DNA of 64,000 nucleotides from Laetmonice hystrix (GCA_965235115.1 OZ249436.1:7316001-7380000), one strand, 5' to 3'; shown: positions 37,138 to 50,597, numbered from the stretch's first letter. Program-made: numbers and translations. The notes: generated by a model not told the origin, from the letters alone.

Positions 37138-40100
37138 CTATAACAGAAAAAAAACTGCATTTTAGTGAAAGTTTTCGTGTTTACATATCATGGAACGCAA
37201 AGATACGACTTGATATTTCACAGGTGGTCAGATCACTCAACAACATAGAAAAGTAAAGGCGAGGTAAAAACTACTTGTCAGACAGAAATGAAAACAAAAT
37301 AGTTTTCTTTAACTTTCATAATGCTCGTATATGCTACTTGAAACATCTTTTACAACTTTTAAATGATGTAGAATTAATGATAAAGATATAAATAGTACCG
37401 ATATGAAGGAAATATGTCCACACATACCTAGACATAAAGACGGGGGAAAAATACTGAAAAGGTTAAACAAATAAAATCGAGTATAATGGTTTCGTATATA
37501 CCTCCCCGACACTGAAGCTAAAAGCCTGAGATGATAAACATTGAGGAACTGTATGCCAAGTTATTCCAGCCGCAGCTGAGCTGTATAAATCTACAGCATT
37601 TTTGAGCCTGAATACCTCACTAAATCTATCGGCAGGGATCCAATTTGATTGCGAATCCATGTGTAAAGTCTCCTCGGCGTATTTTTCAGCCATAGTGAAG
37701 CATATGTTTGTAGAGCAGCAGAGATTGGCAGTGGCACTGAGTAATGTCGGATGTGATCTGGACGCAGAAAGTACCAACTGGCGTGCTGACTGCCTGATTA
37801 CATATAAACATGAATGTAGTTCTCCATTTACCATATTACACCTGTCCGGCCTAGATAGGGGCCTGCTAACTCAAGACACCAACTCCGACCTGTGGAGGTC
37901 AATCCGGCAGGTCGCCTGCCACCTGCCGCCATCAAACTCCACTTTCAGCCTCTATGAGCGTCTCATGGCGCCTCCTTCCCATGAACTCACCTATGACATG
38001 GCTCTCACAACACCAGAGGTAGCTAACGTACGAGCGACCCGACACGGCCGTACAATGTTATTCCTTCCCATTCCTTTAACAGACACACACTTTATTCAGA
38101 TTTGTTTTGTTTTAGCTGCGGAATGGAGGGTTAAAAACAACACTTGCTGAGTCAGCAATAACAAACTTGAGCCATTCTGTTGGGCTCATCATCACGGTTT
38201 CACAGAGAGAGGGAGAGAGAGAAAGAGAAAAAAGTTCTTATGTTGGGTTGAAGGTCAGAGAAATCGAGCAGAAGAACACGGCGGGCCGGTGGTCGGAGAA
38301 TGGCCAGATGGTCAGACTTAGTAGAGAAATGTATCGGGTTTGATATGTGATTACTTCACCTGACCTATGGTAGAGATGGCCGGGGGAGGTGGTGTTTTTG
38401 TTAGCTGAGGGGACTTGGAGAGGACATCTGTTCACCTGTTGTCAGAAATGGCAAGGGTCATGCTAGTGATCGCATCATAGCACTCACCTGCCATTTCTCA
38501 TGTGCCTATTGCCCACCACAGGGGGTGCGTTTTACCCTATTGCCCTGACATTTGTGTTTGAGACCTATATTACTGTCGTCATCCAGTGTGTGCCCTAGCC
38601 CCAGTCTTACAGGACCTACCCCATGGGGTCATGGGGGGTGGGGGGATGACCCTAGGCCAAAGCAGCAATGTTGAGGGGCATACAGCATGTGAAGAACAAC
38701 CTCTCAATTCTGGCGTCTGTGGGTGGAATTGTGTCTACTGTCCGACCTACGTCTTTTCTTCACATACCAGATCCAACAGTTGGTCCGCCTGGTGAGCAGG
38801 CCTAACTATTACACCACTGTCTGCCTGTCTGAGTGCTTCTTGATGTCTACAACATATACCCGGTACCTACTGGCAGGTCAAGGTCAAGGTCGATAGGGAT
38901 GTACGCGTCCCACTTGAAGAGTGAAAACATCGCCCAACAATTAAAATCGAGTTTCAGGCCCAGTTGGATTTGGTGCTACTAATTTCAAATATCAAATTTA
39001 AAGATTAAAAAGGAAGTGCGGAAACCCTGACACCATGTCAGGTTATGTCAGCCTGGATGCCTGCCGGTCTCAATCATCGATACTCTTGGTCTAAATCGTC
39101 GATACATGTACTTGTGATTCACCTTCACCTTGGGCCGTCGATCCCTTGTACAGCTATATTAAGTCACTACGACTGTTCCCCAAGTCCAAGCGGAGAGACC
39201 CTCTCCCACTCTCAGCTGTACCACACATGCACCATGACCCCTTTAGGTCCAAGGTTTGTCCAAACAAAGCAATCCAGTTTCAATCTGTTGCCATGGTGAC
39301 GCCATCATGGAGATCCATTGCGGTGGTGGTGTATATGTTAGCCAGGCCCTTAACAACCAGAACTGGGATGTATAAGGCTGGTAGACCTAACACGCTTCAA
39401 ACTAACACCGAGTTTCTCTTAGGCCATGGACCATCAAGTTGTAAAGTGAGGCTGGCCTCTGACAGGCCAGATAACATTTGACAGTGTCTCATGAGGCTGG
39501 TTCTACGGTTAGCTCAAGTATGCTTCTTACATGACACAAAAATTAGGAGGTTTCAGATCGGGCACATTACAGTTCACATGTAAGTCATCAAACATGAATG
39601 TACAGAATAGAAATAGTGGCTGTCACAAAAACTTTTCTCAAATGGGTTTAGAAAAAACCCTAAAGGTTGACGTACTTATTTGAAATATCCACTCATGTTT
39701 TTAAAATGCGTACAACTCATGAATATATTTAGATGACTATAATCAGTATTATATGACGGGTAACAAAGTAACCCATTATGTTCAGGGATGCCGGTACCAT
39801 CACCCAACCTGAAGCAATGCTAAAGGCGTTACGGAATTACACTGTACCGAACAAGGCAAATATTTGGTTTGGATGCATGCTGAAATCGGACGTCTGTGGC
39901 CCACTGCCTAACTTGGGACTGCAAATACCACACTTGTGTGGTACATTAGGTCACATTAGGCAGCAGTTACCTCCCTCACAACCCAATCTGCCCCTCGGGC
40001 CTCCAACCCCCAGCCCTCACTAGAACACTTCTATAACCCTACCCTTTTCGCGCCTCTTTTCTTCCCTCTGTCAGACTAATCAGTTCAACCACGCGCTGGC

Positions 40101-40139
40101 AGCTGAAAACCAGCCTATTCTTACTCTATTAGGTTGGCT

Positions 40140-40415
40140 ATACTGAAATTTCATGACTTTTCCAGACCGAAACTGCCAAATTTCATGACCAATTCTGGAC
40201 AAAATTAATCAAATACACTCAACTCCCAGAAATGTCCCCTAGTGCATCGTGGAACTTTACAATATAGGCCTAACAGAAACAAAAATGTGGTTCAAGAGAA
40301 ATCTCAAATGCCATGACTTTTTCATGAATTTCAGTCGTTTTTCTATTTTCCATGACCTTTCCAGCGCTGGAAAACCAAATTTCATTTGACATGACTTTTC
40401 ATGACCGTGGGACCC
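40140..40415. mobile_element. Degenerate non-autonomous DNA transposon remnant
   Basis: Repeated (tt/tc)catgac motifs and a right end tttcatgaccgtgggaccc resembling CAGGGTTCCCACGG-type termini. Left end not found. Confidence 0.4.
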
Positions 40416-42036
40416 GTCTATTTCCCAATCCAGCAGAACATATCGTAGTGGCACCTTTGCACAATTTCCAAGTCAGAATTCCAGGAATCTGAAGGATTGC
40501 ACTAAATCTGTGACAATCTCTGAAAGCCGGATTGTTCACGTTGACTTGGACCCCGATCCCGGCCTGTTTGACGTACCTTCCGACCTCCTGATTGCCGTTC
40601 CGTCCCACTCAGCCTAATTACAACCCTCATGGTCGGCATACAATGATGAGTGTGTTTACCTGACACGGAACTACTTCCCATCACGTGACATCCAGCTGGT
40701 GGTTGTCATCACCCTACCCTCAGTTCCCACACGTGACTCAACACGGCGTCTCCATTATAATAATTAGGTCAATTCTTGCTTATTTGATCAGTCGTTTTTA
40801 TCTAATCTGGCAGTGGCGCTTGGTGCACCCATGTCCTCTCAATCTAAATCACAAAGACTTCTTCATTTGATCACCGTACACAAAACATTGACAATTTCTT
40901 CTCATCTCATTCACTGTACACCGTATCTCTTAACCACTAAACTGTAGAAAATTATGGCCTACTGATGTACACTCCTCCTCTGATAATCCCCAGAGAAAGG
41001 CGACATTCAAGAGTTAAGGAATGTTTACGGATAGAACAACAACGTTTATGGGCACAAGCTGGTAAAGTGAAAGTTGTAAAGATTGCGGCTATCAGAAGGA
41101 CATCTTTATGTACTGACCATCTGTTTGACCACACCTGAAGGTTCAAACTGACCATGCCTCTACCAACAACGCCAGGGAACGTAAGGTTCTCAAAATGCCA
41201 ACCGCATTTCAAACATTGATCAAGTCGACGTTGAGTACACTAATCTTGGCCTGTCATCACCAGATACATTGTAAAACAAACCGTGATGCCTAACTTAAAC
41301 TGACGGTTGTATCTTTCTTTCAAGTAAAACTACAAAACAAGCTACAAATCCGCATTACCGGCAAATTCTCAGGAAATGCCTCTTTAAAGTGGGAGAGCCT
41401 AAAGCTCCATCAATCAGCACTCAACATTCTACCTTTTTACCCATAAAGACCATGTAGAACCTTCTTGACTTCACAAGGATTTAACACCACTTGCTGATTT
41501 AAATGTAGATGGCCCGATAATTCTCCCCGACGTCCGGTGTTCAGTCAAAGACTGCGACGCCAGGCTCCGTAGAAACAGCCATTTCTAGCTGTCATATCTG
41601 ATCCGAGCATACCCTCTGAGTGACCTAACCCAGCCGATAGAGCCGCCTCAGCTCCTCTATCCTCTGCTGTCCTCAGTGGATCAAAGGTCCAGCTGAGCTG
41701 TCAATAACACAAGCTCGACCACCTGTCTGGAACCCGCAATAACAGCAGTCCTTAAAGAAAATCCTCAAATCAACTGTCTGAATTTACTGCCATCTCTATT
41801 CATATCAGACCTTTTTTTTTGGGGGGGGGGCTGTGTGTGAAAAGCAGCTTCTTCAGAGACAAGACCAAGAAAAAAGAAGAAAACACGTTCATCTTACATT
41901 ACAACATATTTTCCCTGATTTTTCTAATTTCAGCTCACCTGTAAAAGCTGGCAGATAATCAGGTCAAGTTGAGGTATGGGTAGCAACAGACCTTAAACAT
42001 GGAGGCAGTGTTTTTCTTTCTTTTGCTCGCAGTTAA

Positions 42037-42376
42037 AGGTGCTATTCGTCTCGCACAGAATGCCATTTCTCCTATCATACATTGTGCACATAGTACTAGA
42101 AAAAATTCCTACCGATACCATTGGCCTGATAAACCTTCTATTAGTTTGTGTGCAGCATTAGAAACCTATCTCGGTGCGCACCGAGATAGAGCCATTTCCT
42201 ATGGTGGGGCGTGTCAGGGTCTCAACAGGCCTTCTGAGAGAGCCCCATTTGTGCCGTTATCCATGAAAAATTTTGATTTCCTTTGTTGCGAATCTATTTC
42301 CATGATAGGTGGGATCACATAAGCGTCAACAAACTTAAAAATAAAAAAATTGAATTTTGGTTAACGAATAGCACCT
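42037..42376. mobile_element. Kolobok-like MITE, 340 bp
   Basis: Perfect 13-bp TIR aggtgctattcgt/acgaatagcacct, flanked by TTAA on both sides (42033-42036, 42377-42380). AGG...CCT ends with TTAA fit Kolobok better than piggyBac (CCY ends). Confidence 0.8.
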
Positions 42377-42380
42377 TTAA

Positions 42381-42840
42381 AGAATCTATTAACCTTATTA
42401 ACCACTAGACGTATGTACGAGTTCTGCTGCCACTGTGATCACTGACGCTGTGGACACGTATCCGTCTGCTGCTTTCCCTGGCCTGTATCACTATCTCTAT
42501 CTCGAGTATGACAACGTTCTTGTTTATTCTCTAGGATTCAGGATCTATTAACCTTATTAACCACTAGACGTATGTATGAGTACTGCTTCCACTGTGATCA
42601 CTGACGCTGTGGACACGTATCCGTCTGCTGCTTTCCCTGGCCTTTATCACTATCTCTATCTCGAGTATGACAACGTTCTTGTTTATTCTCTAGGATTCAG
42701 GATCTATTAACCTTATTAACCACTAGACGTATGTATGAGTACTGCTTCCACTGTGATCACTGACGCTGTGGACACGTATCCGTCTGCTGCTTTCCCTGGC
42801 CTTTATCACTATCTCTATCTCCAGTATGACAACGTTCTTG
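42381..42840. repeat. 159-bp tandem repeat, about 2.9 copies
   Basis: Unit ggatctattaaccttattaaccactagacgtatg...gacaacgttcttgtttattctctaggattca, starting at about 42382, 42541 and 42700. Confidence 0.95.
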
Positions 42841-44029
42841 GACACGTCTCTTTATCTCGCTATGGAAGCTTTCCCTCCTCGGCGGAGAACGATGCCATTT
42901 TTTCAGTGTGAATCTTGACGGCGCTATCCATCCATCGACCGACTAGTTACCTTCGTTGCTATGGACACGTACGGAAGCAGGGACAGCTGTCGGCATGGAG
43001 CCATTAATAAACAGCGTCTGTGCTTTAAGCAGTGGAGCGTCACATGACGTGCCACTCACAGATGGGCAGATTCACAACATGTTGCAACAAGTGTTCTGAA
43101 TGGTAACAAAATCTGCCGGTAGTTTTTTTTCTGCTTCAGGTAGCTGCTTCTCCAGGTCGTGCGAGGACACTGTTAATTGGTGTAAAGGCTGTGGTAATTC
43201 GGACTCCCCTCCCGCCTGCCACTTCTGCTTGCTTTGTGAAGGTTTTTTGCCCTCCTACCGGGGTTGCCTGCAGGCAGGTGACGGTAGGAGACAGGCTGGA
43301 GATTTTTTCTACAGTGAAGACGTCTCCGTTTCTTTGATCTGTGTAGCTCAACATTTAGTCTGAAGGTGTCGGGGAATGCCTGGAAGTAGGACTCTCCGGG
43401 TGCCTAGTACATGCCATCACTGTCATTTATCTCGGCTACTTATCTTATCTTATATCTTATCTTTCCTTCACTGTTCCTGTCACTTTACACGGCTCCTGGA
43501 TTACATATCACATTGTTGCAGGAGTGTTGACATTCTGATGCCGACTGGAATGGGACATGTCACAATTATAATTTGTGATGTTCCATAGTCGCAATGAAGA
43601 TCACACGATAGCAAAGAAATGGTCAGAGAAGCAGCAATCCGTTGAAAAGGTTGCTAAGATTAGAATGTCATGTTGTGGATAGCATCCACCATATTGACCT
43701 CGCAGAACTCTCGCTGTGACCGACATTGGTAGCCATGTACTGATGTAGTCAGTCATCTCAGGGGCATGCCACATGTTCTCAATCAAAAAATATATAAAGA
43801 GAAAAAAATTGTACTTCATCCGTTTTCAATTTTACAGACCTCCCAGCGGGAAGTTACATGCGATCTCCTTGCCTTACCATCTCTGGGACTAGAAATACAT
43901 GTCTCTGTGCATGTTTTTGCTAACTTAATTGGACTGATCTACGGCAAGGATTACCCTTTAGCGTCAAAGTAACCGACAACACAACCTGTGCTCTGGAGAA
44001 CCAGGTCTTAGATCTTAATTACGTTTCCA

Positions 44030-44216
44030 CCGTCGGATTTATATAAAATCCACCCTGGGATTTATATCGAATCCACTGTGGGATTTATATCAAATCCACT
44101 GTGGGATTTATATCAAATCCACTGTGGGATTTAAATCAGATCCACCGTAAAATCCACTGTGGGATTTATATCAAATTCACCGTGGGATTTATATCAAATC
44201 TACCATGGGATTTATA
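44030..44216. repeat. Degenerate ~23-bp repeat, about 7-8 copies
   Basis: Unit aatccactgtgggatttatatca, with atcc(c)ac/gtgggat stem. Confidence 0.85.
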
Positions 44217-44390
44217 TAAAAAAACATTTTATCCCCACAGAATCCCCACACTTTCATCTGTTTTTTACGCAAAACTTTGTCAGATCTGCAGTTTGAAAAT
44301 CTCAACGTAACACGAGGAATCACGCCATGTTCCATTCTATATAAATAAAACAACAAATAAAACGACCATGTACGATCATTGTCAACTCAC

Positions 44391-44612
44391 ATTCTTTGTT
44401 TTTGTCCATGGCCGTCTGAAGTGATAAGTCTTCCACCGGTTGTGGCGCCGGTGGCACCTGCACGCCTGATGCACCGGCCTCTTTCTCCTTGCGTCTCTGC
44501 TCCTCCATCCGACACTCTCGGCAATAGATCCGATGGATGTAGTTGATCGTGTCACTGTCTAACTTGGCTCCTCCATTGTATAACGGTGACCATGAAGAGG
44601 AGTTGCTTGGTT
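44391..44612 (-). CDS. Mrtf: MRTF exon: N-terminal extension ending ...LSLQTAMDKNKE(S), immediately before RPEL1
   Basis: tttcag| acceptor, GAAT|gtgagt donor, 222 nt open, phase 1-1. MDKNKE-SLKRKL is typical of invertebrate MRTF and joins the 37137 exon in frame. Confidence 0.88.
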
Positions 44613-45690
44613 CTGAAACAGGTTGAAGGTGTTCGTCAACATTAACTATTTATTCTCGGACCAAGATGTGTTGATTAGTTTTGTGTAAATTGACTCTCAA
44701 GACAAGCTGGTAGTTATTTTTTCTCCCATTCTCTATTCTTCCAATGGCGGTCGTCGTATTGTGACAGACCATTCTAATTAAATGAAATAGTATCTGGCTC
44801 AATCTCCATATCTTTACATAATCCCTGGATCCACAATTATACTGAAAATACATTTGTTTCACAGAATTTCACTAAGTTCACAGTAAACCGACTGCACATA
44901 CAAACATAGCCAGCACCTTCTTCACCGGAGCCACACCAAACCACCCAGCATGGCACTAATGTTTGAAATTCTTCAGGATTCAGGAGGCGTCATGCCTCCT
45001 GTACATGCGGCGTCAGGCCTCCTGTACATGAGGCGGCATGCTTCCTGCACATGTTCTGACATGGCGGGTGGGTGGGTGGGTGGGCTGACCCCTTGCCCCC
45101 CCCCCCCCACACACACACACACACTCCCTCCCCAGGTGGCACAATGACTGTCTGCCCCCGACATGACATGAGGCCTTTTGTTTCCTGCTGATCACGTCCC
45201 CCTATTGATCTAAATCAACAATGAAGATGCCAGGTTTGCAGCACACACCCACACCCGGTTAGACAGCTCCACCGATGATGTCACCATTGCTCCGGTCATG
45301 TCGGCCGATGGTGATGTCGTCATAGGTAAACACACACACACTACTTGTCTCACCTGGCGAGGTCTGTGCTCACAGCGTTCCATCACTCCCACGGTACGGC
45401 CTCAGGGGTGGAGGGTGCTGGATCGTGCCCCCAACACTACCCCTGGCACCCCGTCCTCAGGGAGTAACGATTCCCTTGCCATCTCACCTGACCATGCAGC
45501 CAGCACCTGTCAATGGCACCTGAGGCTGCCTCTAAACAACCACCACCACCACCGCCCACACGCAGCATTATGCAGCAGCCAGCGTTCCCATGACACAGAT
45601 ATCTGTCCACATTCCCGCTATTTCTGTCTCATTACAGTGACAATGTGGAGGACCTGCCACGCCAGCCAGCATATCACCACAGACATCCCT

Positions 45691-46326
45691 GGCAGTGATT
45701 CCCCTTGTGTATCCCCTATCAACTGGCGACCATACGGACCCTGGTCGGTGTGATGGCAGTGATTCCCCCTGTTTGTCCCCCATCAACTGGCGACCATACG
45801 GACCCTGGTCGGTGTGATGGCAGTGATTCCCCTGTTTGTCCCCTATCAACTGGCGACCATACGGACCCTGGTCGGTGTGATGGCAGTGATTCCCCTGTTT
45901 GTCCCCCATCAACTGGCGACCATACGTACCCTGGTCGGTGTGATGGCAGTGATTCCCTTGTTTGTCCCCTATCAACTGGCGACCATACGGACCCTGGTCG
46001 GTGTGATGGCAGTGATTCCCCTTGTGTGTCCCCCATCAACTGGCGACCATACGGACCCTGGTCGGTGTGATGGCAGTGATTCCCCCTGTTTGTCCCCCAT
46101 CAACTGGCGACCATAGGGACCCTGGTCGGTGTGATGGCAGCGATTCCCCTTGTTTGTCCCCCATCAACTGGCGACCATACGGACCCTGGTCGGTGTGATG
46201 GCAGTGATTCCCCCTGTTTGTCCCCCATCAACTGGCGACCATACGGACCCTGGTCGGGGTGATGGCAGTGATTCCCCCTGTTTGTCCCCCATCAACTGGC
46301 GACCATACGGACCCTGGTCGGTGTGA
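45691..46326. repeat. 63/64-bp minisatellite, about 10 copies, ending in a 23-bp palindrome (46321-46343)
   Basis: Unit ggcagtgattcccctgtttgtcccccatcaactggcgaccatacggaccctggtcggtgtgat, with cgacca/tggtcg stem. Terminal palindrome gtgtgagtttataaaactcacac. Confidence 0.97.
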
Positions 46327-47479
46327 GTTTATAAAACTCACACCTGGGTCTCACAGCCAATCACACTGCAGCACGTTTATCAGACTGAATTAACACTGGG
46401 CGGTTTGTATTTTGAGGCCCTAAAAAAATCTCCGTGTAGGATAGTCAACTCCTATATTATAACTGTACGCATACATAACATCCCTGTGTTATGAACTACA
46501 ACACGAGGTCCTCGATTACGAACTACGGAGTGTTTCTAGAGGGGGAAAACATTATTTCTTCTGAGAATTAATCTTTGTTTTCATGACATTAGAGATTCAG
46601 AACTAATTAACCTGTTAATTACGATAGCATTAAAGGTCTACTCTGATGTTGTATCCTAATGATTTTACCTTTCAACGTCTGACAGTCTGACAGAATCTAT
46701 TACAAATCCTAGCAGGCAGATTTCTGGGTGAAATTCCTCTTCAATGTACACATGCCCGTCACACTAACAATGTCCATTTTTCCTGTCAGCACACTGTCAT
46801 GCTTCCTTCACGTTCTCATTCCTGAATACATAGAAACAACTAAGAAAACTTGGGAGGACTTGAAGGTTGGGTTTGCGAGTTGTAAGCTGTCAACAGCTAA
46901 GGGAAATAATGTTCGGTGATAAACTACCTTTATCCTTTCATCCCTTCTTAACATGGCTTCCCAAACCAGACCCACTTTATCTGCCTTGGAAGTCCATTAT
47001 CTACCACGCTGGGTACCGAATGCTCCGACCTTCTTCAACACCCTGCCACAGATATTTCTTGCTGTTTTTATTACAAGTACGTACCTGAAAGCACATACCC
47101 AGGTATTTCGAAACATTAACATAAGAGCACTTGATATGTGATGGCACGCGGCATAAATCAGTCTGACCGATTTGTTGTGAGTAATACTAGTGGCATGGCT
47201 ATGGTCCTGTGTCGAAACCTTGTACTCCCGACTAAAGAAATCACCAGATACGAGTAGGGGAACTCCCTGGGGTTTTGTGGGTCTGTTACGTACTTTTGTG
47301 GGGCACTTTTGTCATCTAAATTGATGGCGGACACGAGCTTCACCAATTGCCTCATTTTTTCTCATATTTTTTCATTGTGAAGTGTTTCTGCTAACTAGAA
47401 TCAGGGTTCCGATGCATATCTGAACAACAAATTGAAGAACGTTCAAGGATCCTCTTTTAATTCAAGGTCATTATTTACC

Positions 47480-47670
47480 GTCGCACGTTAAAATCTGTCT
47501 GAATCATTATCAAAAGTATTATCGGTCTTCATTAAGCATTTCAAAAGTAGAGCTTCTTTCACAAGGTACGCGTATAGATTGGAAAATACTACCTGCTAAA
47601 TTTTGTTTTTGATCATCTTTTCATGCATTTAAATGGTTAAACTTCAAATCTAAACTGAAACTTTAAGCAG
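47480..47670 (+). mobile_element. Possible degenerate 3' end of an L2/CR1-clade LINE
   Basis: Frameshifted ...LSQGTRIDWKILPAKF...NFKSKLK* resembles the post-RT C-terminus (RxWNxLP...FKxxLK). No RT core seen. Confidence 0.3.
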
Positions 47671-47810
47671 TGAGTCATGCCATTGCTCTAGCTGAACAGT
47701 TTAATGTATTTGACAAAGAATCTACTCCAAGACTAATGTTTCAGGAATAAAATACATATGAGACATCAATCTTTCGGCCGGCTAATGTTACAGCACAAAG
47801 ACTTTATACA

Positions 47811-47826
47811 ACACCAGGGGGCAGTG
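47811..47826 (+). promoter_or_regulatory. CTCF-like motif
   Basis: acaccagggggcagtg. Confidence 0.4.
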
Positions 47827-50597
47827 CGAGTCAGGGCGGCCGCGGGCAAGGTGTCCATCAAGGTTTGGGTCGTAGTAGTAATCCAAGAGGGGTCCGAGCC
47901 TGTTGTGGTGTATCTAGCTTGTAGACTGCAGGCTCAGTGCCATCACTGTATCCCGGGCCCACACACAACTTCCAGATGCTCCCTACTACCACCCTACAAG
48001 CTGGGCACCACCTGAACCCATTCACTATTTGTACAAGTGCCCCCCGTACACCTAAACAATGGGTGTCAGCCATCTGCCTTTGCCGGTGTCGAGTTAGCCG
48101 GTGATTCTGGCTGCTCACAGGATCTGGGCCGGTGGTGGCGGCTGGGCAGTATGGAAGTCCACCACCAGATACGACTGTGTATAACCCCAGAAAATATCGC
48201 CACACAACAAAGGGATAAACATTGAATGGAGAGCGGCGGGCGGGGAGGCCATCTCTGTATCGGGCGCTGTTTGGGTTCTGACTGGCATGTTGACCTCTAT
48301 GTCTGTCTCACTACACCGGCACTGTCAGCCGATCGGACCCCAGGAAACCCAAACCTTGGCCCCGCCTCGACTCGGCTAATACCGTCACTTTTAGCTTTCT
48401 GTCTCCTTCAACAGACCGACACGAACGTACACAACACTCCTGGGCTTTCGTCGCCATATACCCCACACTGGATCCTTGGGCAATGTTTGAATCTCAAGGC
48501 GACATAAAGTTGGGAAGGCAATGGAGCCGCTGAACAATAGGTCCCCCCTTCCCTTCGAGAATCCATGTCAGCTGTACCGAGTGTTTACAGCCAGCCCGTA
48601 AGCCAATCCTGGATGTGTTGCTCAGGTAAACAGCTAATTATTGCCACACCACCACCCTCAAAGTGTGCAAATGTCCCCACAATGCACACCAAGGCTTCTT
48701 TTAAATATAGTAACAACAATCTCCGGGTGCAGGTTTCTATACCGTTCTCCTCAACCCAAACAGTCAACAACAAACCTGGAAACACTTTTTCATGTTTTTT
48801 TTAATGTTAGTACAGAATGCCTCAAACAAGATGTTGGCCTGACAATGATGGACTTCACACAGAAAGTTGCCAATCCACCTTAAAATCGGTGTAACTGGGA
48901 ACCCGTTGGTTGCACCTGGTACAGGAGGCTCAAACGCTCCATACATTTCACAGTTGGCATGTGATGACCTTATGATCAAAGAACGTGACAGATGTCTACA
49001 ATGCTGATACTTGACTGCCTGTCATTGCTGCACTACACCGCAGACAAAAATTCTCAAACTCCTTTCACTTTTTAGGAATTTCATGTGGCATAAAGCTGCA
49101 TGCAAGTTAAAAATTATTGTCCATTCCTGTTCAACATCTTATCTTGTCGCAAGACTTTTCTTTAGCCTTTGTAGGTGCACATACTCCTCAACTTTAAATT
49201 TATACTACTTGAACACAAGAGTCCCGCATCCCGGCTGACATACTATTCTATAACTCCCAGGTCTTATCTAACACTCGGTCCTCCTCCGACTTCTTCTTCT
49301 TCTCTTATCCAATTACAGTGTCCTTACCCAACGTTTGGTGGACAAATTACGCTACCTGCCCGACAAATCTGCTGTTCTGATGATAAACCATGCTATATGG
49401 CTGACAAACCAAGATACCCGACTGACAGATCTCCGACCTGTGTTACCAAACTACCCTCTCTGGCTGACAAATTACAGCCTTTCATGTGCCTCCTCCCCAC
49501 CCGACCGCAGCAGTTTATTGGGGAGTACATTGGGAATGTCACCTGGTTCGGGATTTCTGTAAATAGATCATCTGTGTTCAGAACTATAAAATGTATGAGA
49601 GTACGATTCCCTAATCAACATCGATTTTAGGAATGTTTAAATGTTTCAAAATGTTACCAGGGATCAGCTAGCAGTAATCTTCCAAATACCTAGACATGGT
49701 TACACTTTACAAACTGACTCAGATCACTGTCAAGTTTTACAATAATCGGTTTTACCGGTGTATTTATATCATTTTGAATGTCTCTCTACGATCAGGAACA
49801 ACCCCCTAGCCAGTCTCCTGATCGCTGATCGCTTTAGCAACCCCAAATCATTCCTTATTTTGGCAACTCTGCCTTCAGGAACTCCCAATTCCATCAGTGC
49901 CCTACTGTGTGACCCTCCACGTACGATAACCAGTACACCTGGGCCACGATAGGCACAAGGATCTGGTGAGATGCTAGACATGCTTCAACATCATTTTCAC
50001 GACCGTGAGCTCATTGAAGCCATCCCTGACCGGTCAGATACAGGGAGCATGGCTGATATATTGGTCTTGCCTTCTTCAGTAAACCCCGCAGGATATGTTG
50101 ATGGCTTCGGTCTCACGTGGGGGTCCCTCTTGTCGCATTACTGGTATCAAGATTAAAGTTGGACCTGGCACAATCCTGCTGCGACTTGCTCGCCATGACT
50201 CGGTGAAGACAGCCACAGCTCCCGATAAACCTTGTTAATGGACTCCGTGCGCCAATCTCAGCCTTAATGCTTTCACAACATGATGAACTACACAACCCTT
50301 TTCTAACTGCTCTATTACTTGGGCGTGCCTTATGGATTACTATTTGCTTTCTGAACGGTGATGTGATTAAAATTACTGGAAAGTTACCATATTGTTACAA
50401 AACTAAAACAAAAGCTGCTGTTATCATCAAATTATATTAGTAAACGTGGGATTAGGGTACAGGCACTTAGACAATCACTCTATAACTGAGAAATAATCGT
50501 CAGATAAGTTAAATATCAAAGAATTTTAGGTGTCACTGACCTAAACATAATGTCATGATATAAATCCCCTCCATTCCCTTTAATGCTTCACCCTATA

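Noticed and set aside
37463-38150. Overlapping 182-aa (+) and 123-aa (-) ORFs as a nested gene
   Set aside because: Both use weak starts and have no recognisable domain. More likely a TE relic or chance.
38878-38895. AGGTCA-type nuclear receptor direct repeat (ggtcaaggtcaaggtc)
   Set aside because: Common word in invertebrate repeats, also seen near 56950 and 60465. Not distinguishable from background.
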